Shown: piece after piece, positions 18,906-41,290 of the stretch
Layout: every line of letters starts with the position of its first letter
Position numbering within the stretch: the stretch's first letter is position 1
Source of the DNA: the human T2T-CHM13v2.0 reference genome, Homo sapiens
Direction: 5' to 3' (one strand)
Length of the DNA: 64,000 bases
Assembly: GCF_009914755.1 (NCBI RefSeq)
Contig: NC_060941.1
The notes under the pieces: model-generated
Told to the model about the DNA's origin: nothing
Seen by the model: the letters and a program-made list of their open reading frames with translations, nothing else
The model's database searches: none
Translations under genes and position numbers: made by a program

Positions 18906-19731
18906 TTATACCTTAAAAATTAGGTTTACATTTAGGAAAATTTCTCCTCTCTCATTTTTTCAGTCTATGTATTTAAATATTTATGTGAAGAATCCAGCAA
19001 CAGTGTTAGGATAGGGGGGTTGTGGGTTTGGGGCAGTATTAGATTTATCATATTTTAAGTTCACTGTTAAGGAAACAGATCCCCTCCATGGTGTCATCCT
19101 AAAGCAGGCCTCCTGAGCCACCTGCAGCGGTGGTGACGTTCTGTTTCCTGGGAGCCTCTGCACCAGTGGCTTTTACTGTGGCAGCCTCTCTCAGGAAGGT
19201 CCTACACTACATGCAGGCCAGGTTGGTAGATGTGGCAAAGCCATCAGAATGAGGTTTTTGATGCAGAATAAGAGGGGCTTACATCTGATCTGAAGGAAAA
19301 ACGTGGGCCTTCTGCAGTCCTTGATGTTAGGACTGTAATCTGTGGTTTTCCAGGCCAGTGACTCTCATAACCATGCTCCTGGCAGACACCAGGGGCTTGG
19401 CAAGGTAGCCTGAGAGGTGGGTGCTTGGTTGGTTTCTACAAATGCAGAGAAATGTAGACTTTTTACGGTGTTAACTTTTTGTCTTATTAATCTTTTTTAA
19501 AATCATTGGTGCCTACTTATTAACACATGAACAAAGAGCAATTAACAAAGCACCCAAGCCAGCACATGGCTTCTTGCTTACGTTTTCCACGGTGTGGTTT
19601 TTACATTCAGACATGATTTACATATGTTTTTCCTCATATAAATTGTTTTTAGTTCATATGTTTTTCCTCATATAAGTTGTTCTTAGTTCATGTGACAGAA
19701 TTAAACGTATCCCTATGTATCAAGGTATTCT

Positions 19732-19802
19732 AAGACTACCTTCAGGGACCATTTGTATAGTTCATTACTAGAAGTTTCTCTGAACATGTAGAACACTGAA
19801 AA
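19732..19802 (+). pseudogene. 3'-truncated U3 snoRNA (SNORD3) retropseudogene in GID4 intron 2
   Basis: aagactaccttcagggaccatttgtatagttcattactagaagtttctctgaacatgtagaacactgaaaa aligns by eye to the first ~75 nt of U3 (AAGACTATACTTTCAGGGATCATTTCTATAG...GAAGTTTCTCTGAACGTGTAGAGCACCGAAAA); no box B/C/D domain follows. Confidence 0.9.
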
Positions 19803-19812
19803 AAGTATTTAC

Positions 19813-20430
<618 letters not shown>

Positions 20431-20930
20431 AAAAAGTATTCTACCCCAGAATCCACCCTGGAACCTTGGAGAATTGGTGTAAAAGGGACAAATGACTGAG
20501 CCAGTTGGAGAACCAGTGGCTTGAGGGAGCCTTAGTGGTAGACACAGTGATTTTGGAGCCTCTTTGGGTCTAACCTTGGAAAGTAAAATCTACCAAGTTA
20601 TGATCTGCTTTGTATGCTAGAATATTAAAAATTTATTTGTGGAAACATCCAAATTATTTTCTAAGAGACTAGCATGTAACAATTGAAGTCAAAGAAGGGC
20701 TGTCTGCTGCTGGCAAAATCCAGGAAACCCTTCATTCTCTGGGTGATTTAGATTCAGGTCCATTGCCACAGCCTGTTGGCAAACTGGCTGCGATCTAACT
20801 CTGGTTTGGATTGTCAGGTAGCAGTGTCTAGGTACTGGAAAGAAGTTAAAGCAAAGTTTATTTTTCCTTTGTACAAAGGTTAAAAACTCTCACTCAACAT
20901 CTTATTTTGATATTTGGGTTTTTACCATAG

Positions 20931-21038
20931 GAGTATCCAACCCTTACAACCTTCTTCGAAGGAGAAATAATCAGCAAAAAACACCCTTTCTTAACTCGCA
21001 AGTGGGATGCAGATGAAGATGTTGATCGGAAACACTGG
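20931..21038 (+). CDS. GID4: GID4 exon 3 ([36 protein letters not shown])
   Basis: Acceptor tttaccatag|GAG, donor TGG|GTGAGT; 108 nt; Vid24/GID4 family motifs TFFEGEII and DxxHW. Confidence 0.97.
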
Positions 21039-21693
21039 GTGAGTAAATCTGATCTGTGCTGGGTCATCTAGGGGCTGCTAGAGAATTGAAGAAATGCTGG
21101 GAGCCAGAGACCTTGTCCCTTATTGAGGATTACTGGGGCTTTGCAACCAAGTAAAAGGTTGCACTGCACACAGACCTCAGTTGTTCCATCTTCCTTATGA
21201 GGACAGTTTAAATACGATCTGACCTGCTGCTTAAATAGCAAATGGTTGTCTGATGATAGCAACCCCAGAGTTCCAGCCAGAACTCTGCTCAGCTATCAGA
21301 ATCTTAACAGTGTCCCCCCATCCTTCCCACCTGTTTGTCCATCTTCTGTCCACTGTTCCTTTCAAATCACCTCTGCTTGGGGAAAACCCTGTGAAACATG
21401 CAATGATGACCTCCGGCTTCGGGGCTGGCATGAGATGGAGATGATGTTGTGGGAATCTGCCTGCCCACTGGCTTATCAGGGCAGAGCCACATCATTTCTT
21501 TTTATCCTGGCTGCTGACAGACAAGTATAGTCTTGTCTTAAGTACACCACTATAAATCCTGCTGCCCCCCTTTTTAACTGTCAAGTGTAGAGCATTCTCA
21601 CTCAGCAGTAGTGAATGCTTCAAGACAGTTAGTGTCCTGGGATCTTTTCATTTGTTGTCATATAAGTACCATGTCTTCAAAAATCAGTGTCTC

Positions 21694-24255
<2,562 letters not shown>

Positions 24256-24539
24256 AATCTATGTGACAAAATCTATGACTTAATATCTCTGTGTCTTGAT
24301 TTTTTATTTAAGATGTTTTCTTATCAAATTAACACATGCTTGTTTAAAAATATTTGAAAAAATAGAAAAGCTGGAGGAAAAGGAGTCATCTATGGCAACA
24401 CCTAAAACTAAAATAGCTGTTAACCTCTTCCTGAATCTCTTTTGGGTATACAGTGTATACTTGTTTTTTGTCTTTTTTTTAAAAAATGGGATCATAAAAT
24501 ACAGTTTTGTAACCTATTCCTAATCTCCTGTTGTAAATG

Positions 24540-25180
24540 TAGTCAGCCCTCCATATATGTGGGTTCTGTATCTGTGGATTCAACCAGCCACAGTTTGAAA
24601 ATATTTGAAAAAAAAAATTGCATCTGTACTGATGATGTATAGATTTTTTTTTTTTGAGACAGAGTCTCGCTCTGTTGCCCATGCTGGAGTGCAGTGGCAC
24701 GATCTCGGCTCATTGCAAGCTCCGCCTCCCGGGTTCACGCCATTCTCCTCCTCAGCCTCCCAAGTAGCTGGGACTACAGGCGACCACCACCACACCCAAC
24801 TAATTTTTTCATATTTTTAGTAGAGACAGGGTTTCATCGTGTTAGCCAGGATGGTCTTGATCTCCTGACCTTGTGATCTGCCTGCCTTGGCCTCCCCAAG
24901 TGCTGGGATTACAGGCGTGAGCCCCCACACCCAGTGGATGTATAGATTTTTTGTTCTTGATATTTTTCCCTGAACGATACAGTATAACCACTATTCACTT
25001 AGTATTTACATTGAATTAGGTATTATAAGCAATCTAGAGATGCTATAAAGTATAGGGGAGGATGTGTGTAGGTTATCTGCAAATACTGCACTGTTTTATA
25101 TCTGGGACTTAAGCATCTGCAGATTTTGGTATTCATGGGGGTCCTGGAACCAATCTCTCGCAGATATCGAAGGACAAGGC
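24540..25180. mobile_element. MER2 (TcMar-Tigger) fossil split by an antisense AluY-like element (~24646-24935)
   Basis: agtcagccctccata...gtggattcaacc and cagattttggtattc...gtcctggaaccaatc ends; Alu TSD gatgtatagattttt. Confidence 0.82.
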
Positions 25181-25671
25181 TATCATGTGTTTCTAGTGTC
25201 TGCTTAGCTAGCTGGCCCAAGCCCCTAGATCATGCAGAGACACAAGCTTCACAAAGCCCTCTTCTCTGAGACTGGGCAGGCTGTTTCTAAGCTGTTTTGC
25301 ATGGCTCTTTTTGCTACTTCGGATTTACTTGCAGAGGTCTTCTCATTAATTTTTCTTAGCTTTCGTCTGTTTATTTTGTCTGTCTGTTCACCATTCCCAT
25401 CCTTTGGCCTTTTCCTCAGCCATGTTAACAAGGCAGGTGTAGGGCAGTGGGGCCCCAGCTGGAGTCCAGGTATCTGCCCCAGGGTTGAGTCTGCATTCAA
25501 TGGGGTGACCATAGGGCCCCATCTGTTACTTGGTCTTAGCTGCCCTTTTGGGAGCCACGTCCCTAGCTGTCATGCCTTGGGAAGGTGAGTTTACCTGGGC
25601 ACATAAGCATAGTTCTGAGAGCAGCCTCTCCTTCTCTCAGTCAATCGGCACACTCTCTTTTCTGCTTTCAG

Positions 25672-25773
25672 GGCAAGTTTCTGGCTTTTTATCAGTATGC
25701 AAAATCATTTAACTCAGATGACTTTGATTATGAAGAGCTGAAGAATGGAGACTACGTCTTCATGAGGTGGAAG
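25672..25773 (+). CDS. GID4: GID4 exon 4 ([34 protein letters not shown])
   Basis: Acceptor tctgctttcag|GGC, donor AAG|GTAAGT; 102 nt; family motif FMRWKE spans the junction. Confidence 0.97.
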
Positions 25774-26607
25774 GTAAGTTCCCACCAGGTGGCCCTCCAG
25801 ACTCCCAGCAAGCCAGGCCCTGTATCGCACCTACATATTCACTCTAACCAAGGGCTCCCCATGTCCAGTGCTCGTCACAGCTGGTTGTCATGGCAAAGTC
25901 TTCATGGCAGGGTCTTTGCACGCCTATAAAAAGTGGGCCCAGCTCCAGGGCACGCACTGGTTAACTGCCGATGTCCCAGACAGCTCCTCCTCGCTGTGCT
26001 TTTGGTGGGTAGCAAGTGGATTTGGGCCTAGGTGGCTGCCTCTAACATTGTCTTCTCCCTTTCCTTTCTCCCACCCAAGAATCTTGTTGAACCCCCAAGT
26101 TGAATCACTCCAAGTGTTCTGTGGATTCAAGGCAGAGCCAAACTTGCTTTGAACTTAGTCATCAGTTGTACCCAGATCCCTCTACAGGCTTAAACACCAT
26201 CCGTGGGCCAGGTGCCCTCCACCACATCCTTTTCCCAGAGCTCAGGAAAGTCTCACCTCCTCTACTTCCCTCCAGCTCAGGAAATGAGGGACCGGGAATG
26301 GAACACGGGTTTTTGACTCAGCAGACCTCAGAGAGCCCCACCTGACTGACTTGATGGATTGGCTTTTAGCTGCGAGGTCATTTGTGCTCCCTGCTTTGAT
26401 AACGTGATATTTACAGCCCCAGAATAGCAAAATCAGGAAGCCAGTTTGTTAAATAACTTTGAGAACATACCAACCCCTAGTCCCCAGTCTGCAGGGAAAA
26501 AGTCGTTTTATCTTGAAATCTTGTCAGCTTTCATAAAGATGAATCATATTGAGTTGCCTTTCCTGGTCTTTATTTTGCATAGCTAACCACTTTAGGAAGT
26601 GGGGATC

Positions 26608-27835
<1,228 letters not shown>

Positions 27836-28648
27836 ATCTGAATTTTAAAATTAATTTTAAAAGCCACAATTTTAGAAGTTGAATAAGGAATGGGAGGGTG
27901 TCTTAAATTTGTTTAAAAAGCAATGGGCTTGTTTTGCCTCCAAAGAATGTCTCAGAGTGGCTCATCTGTGGTCCTTTAGTAGACCACCTGAGGCCCTGGA
28001 GCTTCTGACCTCATCTCTCTGGGAAAGTAGGTGCCAGGACCTGGGTTTCCAGCTTTCAGCTCCAGCAGAGGTGGCAAGCTTGCCTCTCTCCTAAGGTCCC
28101 TGGTAAAGAACAGTACCGTTCTGACTGCTTTTGACAAGGCGTCAAGCTCTTGGAGGGGGTGTCACAGGGGCTACTGGCAACTGCTTTGCACTCAGAATGG
28201 TCCACAGACCTACAGAAGCGACTCACTGTTCTAGATGTTATCAAGCATCTGTTGACAGTTCTGAGAACTGGAGCAGAAACTTCGCTCTTCCCAGGTTGAT
28301 TGTCTGTGGTCTCTGAAAGATAGAGAGGCAGGCAGACAGGCAGGTGAGTAGGTATTGATTTATATATTAGATGTTTCGGCCATGGTACCTTCTCTGAATT
28401 GCTGATCCTAGTGAGCTCAAGACACAGTTTGTCACTTTAGTATATAGAATACTCCAGGAGCACATGGACGCTTTTTAGAAGTCAGGCTGAGACCCCACGG
28501 GCCCGCCATCACCCAGCAAGTCTAGGTTAGACTATGAGATCCTATATTTTTCTCGAGTGGTCCTTAGAACCCCCTGATGCTTAACAGGGAGGCCCCGTGG
28601 GTGGTCAGAGAATGCTATCTGTTACTGACCCTCTTCATCTGTGTGCAG

Positions 28649-28779
28649 GAACAGTTTCTGGTCCCAGATCACACGATCAAAGACATCAGTGGTGCTTCTT
28701 TTGCCGGGTTCTACTACATCTGCTTTCAGAAGTCAGCAGCCTCCATAGAGGGCTACTACTACCATAGGAGTTCAGAATG
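28649..28779 (+). CDS. GID4: GID4 exon 5 ([43 protein letters not shown] + split W)
   Basis: Acceptor tgtgtgcag|GAA, donor ATG|GTGAGG; 131 nt; motif GASFAGFYY. Confidence 0.97.
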
Positions 28780-29596
28780 GTGAGGACCTCTGAGGACAGA
28801 GGCCACGGGGAGGGCTTGCTGCCCAGCTGGCTCTCCCTTGGCTCATCAAACCCAAAAGCAACATCTTAGCCTGTCTCTGTATAGATTCTGTGCTTTATTT
28901 GGATGCTGAGAGCTTATTTCAGTGATCTCAGTTGCTCACAATAAGGCCTTATCCCTATGCACAGAGCAGAGTAAATGAGATGAAAATGAATTATAGGTGA
29001 AAGAACTCATTTCTAAGCACTTTTAAGCAATACTGTATTTTTGGCAATGTTTATCTCAATCTTGCTGGTTTTTATTTAATCCTTGCAAATTGAATTAGTA
29101 ACTAAAATGTGAATTGATCCAGTACTGGACAATGTGAATTTTGCTGTCAGCAGCTTTTTAAATTTTGTGGCTGCATTCCTTAGAGTTGGTCCGACATGCA
29201 CTTGATTTAAGGCTCATGACCTGGGGGCCTGTGAGTGGACAGTCCTGTCCAGTGTGTCACCAATAGTAAAGGACTGAACTCTGCCTGAATGCTAACTTTT
29301 GCCACCTTTTGAGGGATTCTCCTGCCTCCTTGCTGCTTTTTAAGCACCTTGCTGTCCCCGGAGGGCAAACCATGTGATAAAATGCCTGATTTCCTCTCTG
29401 AAGGTAAAAATTCTTTCTTTCTAGTATTTAACACTTTGTTATATGTGAAGTGATCCTACCCTAGATTCCTTGTTCAGTGGTAACGAAATTATATCTGCAA
29501 GTAAATGCCAGCCCTGTAGCCACGATTTTTAGGCTTTCAGTAATGGTTTTCACGCAAGTTTGTAAAACTTTTATAATCCTTTTTAAAAATAACAGC

Positions 29597-31215
<1,619 letters not shown>

Positions 31216-31975
31216 ATTTCTTTCCTGATAATTTGTTTTTGGTAAGAAATAAGCCGCTTTTTCCTACGTTCTTCCACACTCCTGTATGAAACAAGTAGGG
31301 GAGAGCCAACTTGCTAGACATTGACTCTAAATGTGCCCGAGGTTGTCATCCCAGCATGTAGATTGTCTGCCCCTATTTCTCCTCCCTCTGCATGACTCCC
31401 TGGATCACCTGCCAACAGGGGAGGCAAACACCTCAGATATCACTAATGTTTTCCAAGCCTAATACCGTACCTAGGAAAGTGAGAAAATTTAAATGAAAGG
31501 TAAAATACAGTTTAAGGCAGTAGTGAAATGAATTTTTCTACGCTCTCTTTAGATACCATGAGAATCAGTTTATGCCTATGCTAGCCATAAAGTTCTTAGG
31601 ATATGAGAGCCTGGCATTACATGCTACAGCAGGAGAGGTCAGAGCAGCCGGTGAGGTTAGGGCTTGGGCGTGGGTCTCCATCTTCTCCCACAGCTTATTG
31701 AGGTCTCCTTTTTATAAAACATACCATAGTTAACTTCATGATTAGAGCAGAATGAAAAAAAACATTCATCTAGTGCATGGTTCAGGAGGATTAACCAAAA
31801 AAAGAAAGAATGAATGAAATCAAACTAGGTTCAACTTGAGAAATAGAAAATGAATGTGCATTTCAGTCCAAGTATGTGACTTGTTGGGTGCTCTGCTTTT
31901 TGAGGGGTTACTAATGTCCTTTGCTCAGGGTGCATTAGATGACTACCTCCCGTTTCTGTCTCCTCCCCCTTGCAG

Positions 31976-32039
31976 GTATCAGTCCCTCAATCTAACCCAT
32001 GTTCCTGAACACAGTGCACCCATCTATGAATTCCGGTGA
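31976..32039 (+). CDS. GID4: GID4 exon 6 coding part ([20 protein letters not shown])
   Basis: Acceptor cctccccccttgcag-type pyrimidine tract ending at 31975; completes the Trp codon; TGA at 32037-32039; total spliced ORF is 300 aa. Confidence 0.97.
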
Positions 32040-33245
32040 CAACGGTTCAGAACAGCAACCAAATAAAACTGAACTTGGCAAAAAAGAACTTTGCCGAGAA
32101 AATTGTGTACCTGCCAGAACCAGGAGAAGTGTGTTCCTGTTTCTTCACGAGCAGACTCGCATCACAAAGCATGAATGTTAACCCACAGAATCCAAGGAGC
32201 ATGGCTGGCCCGTGGGGCAGGTGGAGGGAGCAGTCTTCGTTCTTCCTCCCCTCAGTGGCAGTTTGGTCTTCACCTGTTTTTAAGCTACCTTAAACGCACT
32301 TTTCCTTCCTGCACAGCTAACTTCTACATCACTGAAATGCCCATTCCTTCCTCCGTCCCACCTCCAGCCGAATAGAAGGTCTGCTCCCGGATCACCCTCA
32401 GCCTTGGTGCTCAGTGGTCCCGAGGCCCTAGACCCCCACCCCCCGCCAGTTGCTTTGTCTGGTAGCTCAAGAGAAGGCAGAGCCCCAGCACCTCTGTGCC
32501 CCCCAGAGCTCTGTGCAGGGAGTTGGCCAGCTGCCGCATCATCGGCCACCAAGGGCACAAGAGGCGGAGGCTCCAGTCCCTGCTGGGCTGCCTCAGTCTT
32601 CAGTGCTGATTGTGTCACGGGTCAGCGTGCGCTGCTGAGCCCTGTACTGTTAACAGTGCAAAGCTAGTGAGTAGCTGTCAGGTTCCCTGGGCCTGCCATC
32701 AGGGATCACTAAATTTAAGGCTTCCAGATCCCTGGCAGGAACAGATTCCAGTCCTGCTTACTCAGTACATTTGCTCCAAACTTTTCAACTTGAGGGCAAT
32801 ACTAAACTTAAAAATAAGAGTTTTTTTATTACAAAATTATTTTTATGGTCCCTTTAACGAGGACCCTATGGCAAATGCACAATTATTCAGAATTACATTT
32901 TATCGTTTTCACATTGAAAACAGCAAATGTTGACTTAGTAATTTTTATATCGATATCTATATGTATATGTATATTTAATCAACCAGCAGTTTTGAAACTA
33001 GTCATCCTGGTACAAAAGTTTTGCAGCATTGCCTAAATTATAGTGCTCAACACAAGAACTGTTTTTGGGGCCAGTTTAGCATTTGTGCCGCCTCCTTTTG
33101 CTACTCAAAACAGCAATGCTTGGCGGCAGCCTTCCATGAGGCAGAAGGGGTCGTCGTTCTCTGAAAACAGTGACTCTGAAATGTTGGGACAGGGGAAGGG
33201 GTGGGAAACATGAACATGCTCAAATAACTCGAGGCTCACGTGCCA

Positions 33246-33247
<2 letters not shown>

Positions 33248-33281
<34 letters not shown>
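33248..33281 (+). repeat. Perfect (GT)17 microsatellite in the GID4 3'UTR
   Basis: Read directly from the sequence. Confidence 0.97.
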
Positions 33282-33284
<3 letters not shown>

Positions 33285-35179
33285 ATGTTTTGTTTTTTTA
33301 AATGTTTTAAAAGCTTAATAGGTTGGCATCAGTTGTAGCCCACAAACATGGCTAGGGCTTTGGGGATTTGGCATTTTTCTGGTGGTTTACAAGACTTACT
33401 CCGAATACAAGAGGAAAAGCTTTAAAAACAAGATTGCATCATAACCCCCAGGAGCAAAGCAACCTGGAGGCTGCATATCCATGGGCGGGCAGCATAAGAG
33501 AATGTGAAGCCCTTCAGTGAGACGAGACGAGCAATGGGAAACCTTTTCTGTTCTTAAGAAGTGACTTTAATTTTATTGACATATGTACTGTATGTTACTG
33601 AGATTGAATGTTAGGGGAAGCCTTAAGGTAGAGGTATTTGGGAAAGTAGCCAGTGGGCACTTGTGATATCTAAAATCTGTTATCCCAGGACTGTGTACAG
33701 AGGGGCAACCTACCCATTCAGGAAGGTCAGGGCTTTGGAACCCTAAAAAGTTGGCCCGATGACTTAAAGGGAAAAATAATTCATTCCCAGAGATGAGTCA
33801 GAACAGTCTCCTCAATCCTGAAATTCAACAAGGCATCAGAAGGGCTGGCTGTGGTCAAGCCCAGCTGCTGTCATGTGAGGAGATGCTCACTGTGGTCTTG
33901 TTGAGCTGATGGCCTTGGTTGAGCTGATGGACAAGTGAAGGAGGCCATGGGGCTGTGCTGTCCTTCCTGCCGTACGTGCCATTCCACTCTCTTCAGCTCT
34001 CCCCTCAACAGCATGCGAGCCCATACCTTCTGCATTTTTCCAGGCCTGTGAGGGATATAGGCCTCCCCTTGGAGCACTGAGTCCGGAGGTCATCCCTGAG
34101 CTCATCCACGGCTCATGCTGTGGCTCCGAGTAGTGGTTTGAGTGGGCAGGAAGGGCCATTTGCAAACACTGCTGTGTTCTAGACAAACAACCCAAGTCCT
34201 ATGGCAGGATTTCTTCCTTCCTTCCTTTTTTACCCAGGTGATGAAGTGCACCCATTGTACTGGGAAGAATGAAGAGGTGATACCTTTACTAGATCCTTCA
34301 GACACATCTATGAGAAGATTTGTTCATTTAAAAGTCTGCCCACTGAGGATAGGGAAAGGATTAAGGATTTTTCCACCTCCTCTTAGTAACTCCTGAATTA
34401 CCAACATCAACTTCTTTCTCTCCGTTCCTGAAGGAACTTTGGGGAATCATCTTCATCCGTAGTTACGCTTTCCTGAACCTTCTCAGTGGTTTACATGCCT
34501 CTGAAACTATGTGCAATATTTTTGGTTGACACTTGTATCCATCCTTAAGAAATTAGTGCAGATTGCAGATGTTCTGTCTTCCATCCCAAACAAGCCTGCC
34601 ATGAGGTAGGATCCTAGGGGTTTGGCTGTTCTTACTCCACTGCTCAGAAAGCTTCCATTCTGCTGTCCTCAGCCTCGACCCTCTTCTGTGCTGGACTTCC
34701 ACCCACCCACCCTTTTCAAGTTTAGATAGTGTTTCAGCTGCTGTCCCAAAGTAACAAAACAATACCTACTGTTAAGTAGGAAGTCAATCTGTGTGCTGGT
34801 TTTGTTGGTTATGTGGAAATCACAAACTCCAGAGGAGCAAAGGGGTTTTTCAATGTCTTTTGCTTTCAGAAACAGAGAATATAATATTCTCACTAAGGCC
34901 TTGAATTGATTTTTTTCTCATAAAATAGTCTGATAAGCTAATTTTTAAAAAGAAATGCCATTAACTGTGTTGTATCGTGGTTTAAAATTACTAACAAGTT
35001 GTGGGAAAGAAAAATAATATTTGATTTTGAATCTTAAATGTTTTTAAAAATTAGACTTGAATGGGCACAAAGTATAAATATTTTGTTTCTTTATGGAGGA
35101 CATGTGGAAGGAGTTTGAGGGTTTGGGATGGGAGAAGTATTTTGCAGAGCTATCAATGTCCAAATAATTTAAAAAAAAA

Positions 35180-35185
35180 AATAAA
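35180..35185 (+). terminator. Distal polyadenylation signal of GID4
   Basis: AATAAA followed ~15-35 nt later by GT/T-rich gtgagtttgtcctatttgt. Confidence 0.7.
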
Positions 35186-35969
35186 GGTATTTAAGCAGTG
35201 AGTTTGTCCTATTTGTAAACCAAAGCAGCTCCATTAGAGGAAAGCAGTCCTCTCTGGGCCTGTGGCTGTGGAGCTCTCCAGGGCCAGCCGGAGACCTCTG
35301 TGTGCCAGGGCAAACCGAGGGCCCCTCTGGGCAACTGTTGCAGTGGTCTGCTTGCTCCTTTTTCATTCTGAATGTTTTCAGCTGCTCAGCACTTCTATTC
35401 AAGCTCCATTTTGTTAATTTCTGTATTTCTTCAGAAATGTGGAAGCATTTTTTTTTTCCATATGTGAAGGGTTTATATTTCTATTTAACACAGAGAAAAT
35501 GTGCAGGCAGAGGTATCTGTCCAAAGCCTGCTTTGTGTTCTGGTGTGGGGACAGGCAATGCTGTTGGGCTGCTCTCGACACTGTGACTGTGGTCCTCAGA
35601 GAAGATGCCTAAGTCTCAAAGCACAGGCACTTGGACCCCCAAATAGCAGGATCCCTAAATCAGCCATTACAGTTTATTCTGACAAACCATTCTGTTACGT
35701 TTCAGGTCCCACCTCCCTAGGAGGCTTGAAGGAACATGACTGGAAACATGGGAGATTTTGAGGAAACATATAAAGTGTTGAGGTCTAAATTTTAAGCAAG
35801 TTGAAATGCTAAGGGAATTTACATCAGTGGCAGGGCAAAGCTCCCCTGTTGTGTGTATTTTCTGATCTCATATTGTCTAAGCAATAATAAGCTTTTTTCT
35901 CCCATGAGATGTGGTGTCAATAAAAGAATAGACTGTTCACAGTGCTGGACTCAGGATTTAAGACACCAT

Positions 35970-37390
<1,421 letters not shown>

Positions 37391-37778
37391 AGTGCTATCT
37401 CCACTCATCTGAACTGCACCTGGGAAGGGAAGCATTAAAATTGCTCAGTAATGAAATAGGCAGTAGGCTTTGATATATTTAAAAATAAAAATTAAAAAAA
37501 AAAAGCCTCAAAGTTGGATTGCAGTTGAACAGCTTTTCCCTCCAGATTTTTCTTCCAAAACATCGAAAGATTGAAACTCCCTATTTGTACATAGCAGGGA
37601 AAACATGTAAGGCTTTTCATTTGTAGAGAAACATATGCTGGATTCAAGTTTATTTTTGCCATTTTTTTCCTTCTGATTTTTCAGTTCGCTTCATTTTTCA
37701 ATGCATTAGTCATGGTTTCTCTCCATAATCGCTCCACAGCCCCTCCATCTTCATGCCTTCTCACTGGCTTGACCTGGA

Positions 37779-37925
37779 GCAGTGTTTCTGAAACCTGGCT
37801 GCACTTCAGAAGCACATGGGAGCTGATTTAATGTCAGGCAGCATGCAGACCAGTCCTCACAACCTGTCGATGTTTTTAAAGCTCCCCGGGTGACTCCAAC
37901 GCACAGGAAGCTTTGAGCGTAACTA
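37779..37925. mobile_element. MER5-like hAT fossil
   Basis: cagtgtttctgaaacctggctgcac...tttttaaagctccccgggtgactccaa. Confidence 0.65.
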
Positions 37926-38374
37926 AGTGAGCCTCCCGCCCTGAAATGAGAGAAAGGCTTTCAGGCTTGTGGTGTTGGTGGACTAAGTGTGGCTTCTGGC
38001 CATTCACACAGTCACCACACTGCAAGGGAGCTGGGAACTGGAGCCTGTGAGAAGCCCCTGTGAACAATGTTCTCTGTCTTAAAACAGCTTACACGGACTT
38101 CTCCTTTTTACCTCTAAAAGATTCATTCCCCTTTCCCCAACCATGTACCCCAGATTGCAACCCCTTGCTATTCTCAAATAAACTTTTTGTTTTGGAGTGT
38201 CAGTCTCTCTCTCGCTTATTTTAGCTTGATGTGAGTAGCTTGCAGAGTTGTGCTGCATAAGGAAAGAAAATAAATAGGAAGTAGCTGTCAGGGGAGTGGG
38301 CTAGAAATGGGTTGTTGGTTTGGTTATTTCTGCAGGGGGAGGGGTTTTCTGCAAATTATATGTAATGAGGCTTT

Positions 38375-41290
<2,916 letters not shown>

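Larger units (their letters stand above)
32040..35205 (+). other. GID4: GID4 3'UTR (~3.2 kb, Alu-free)
   Basis: Unique sequence from the stop codon to AATAAA at 35180; 3' end inferred. Confidence 0.75.

Noticed and set aside
25630-25671. Upstream AG (cttctctcag, 25640) as alternative acceptor for GID4 exon 4
   Set aside because: Would add 31 nt and frameshift; the canonical acceptor has its own strong pyrimidine tract and there is no evidence of use
29184-29210. agttggtccga...ttgatttaa resembles two pieces of Y5 RNA
   Set aside because: Only 11 + 9 nt match with the wrong spacing and no 3' stem; likely chance
32037-32066. GID4 stop TGA-C could allow readthrough adding xQRFRTATK
   Set aside because: Not the UGA-CUAG readthrough motif and no targeting signal in the extension; nothing else supports it
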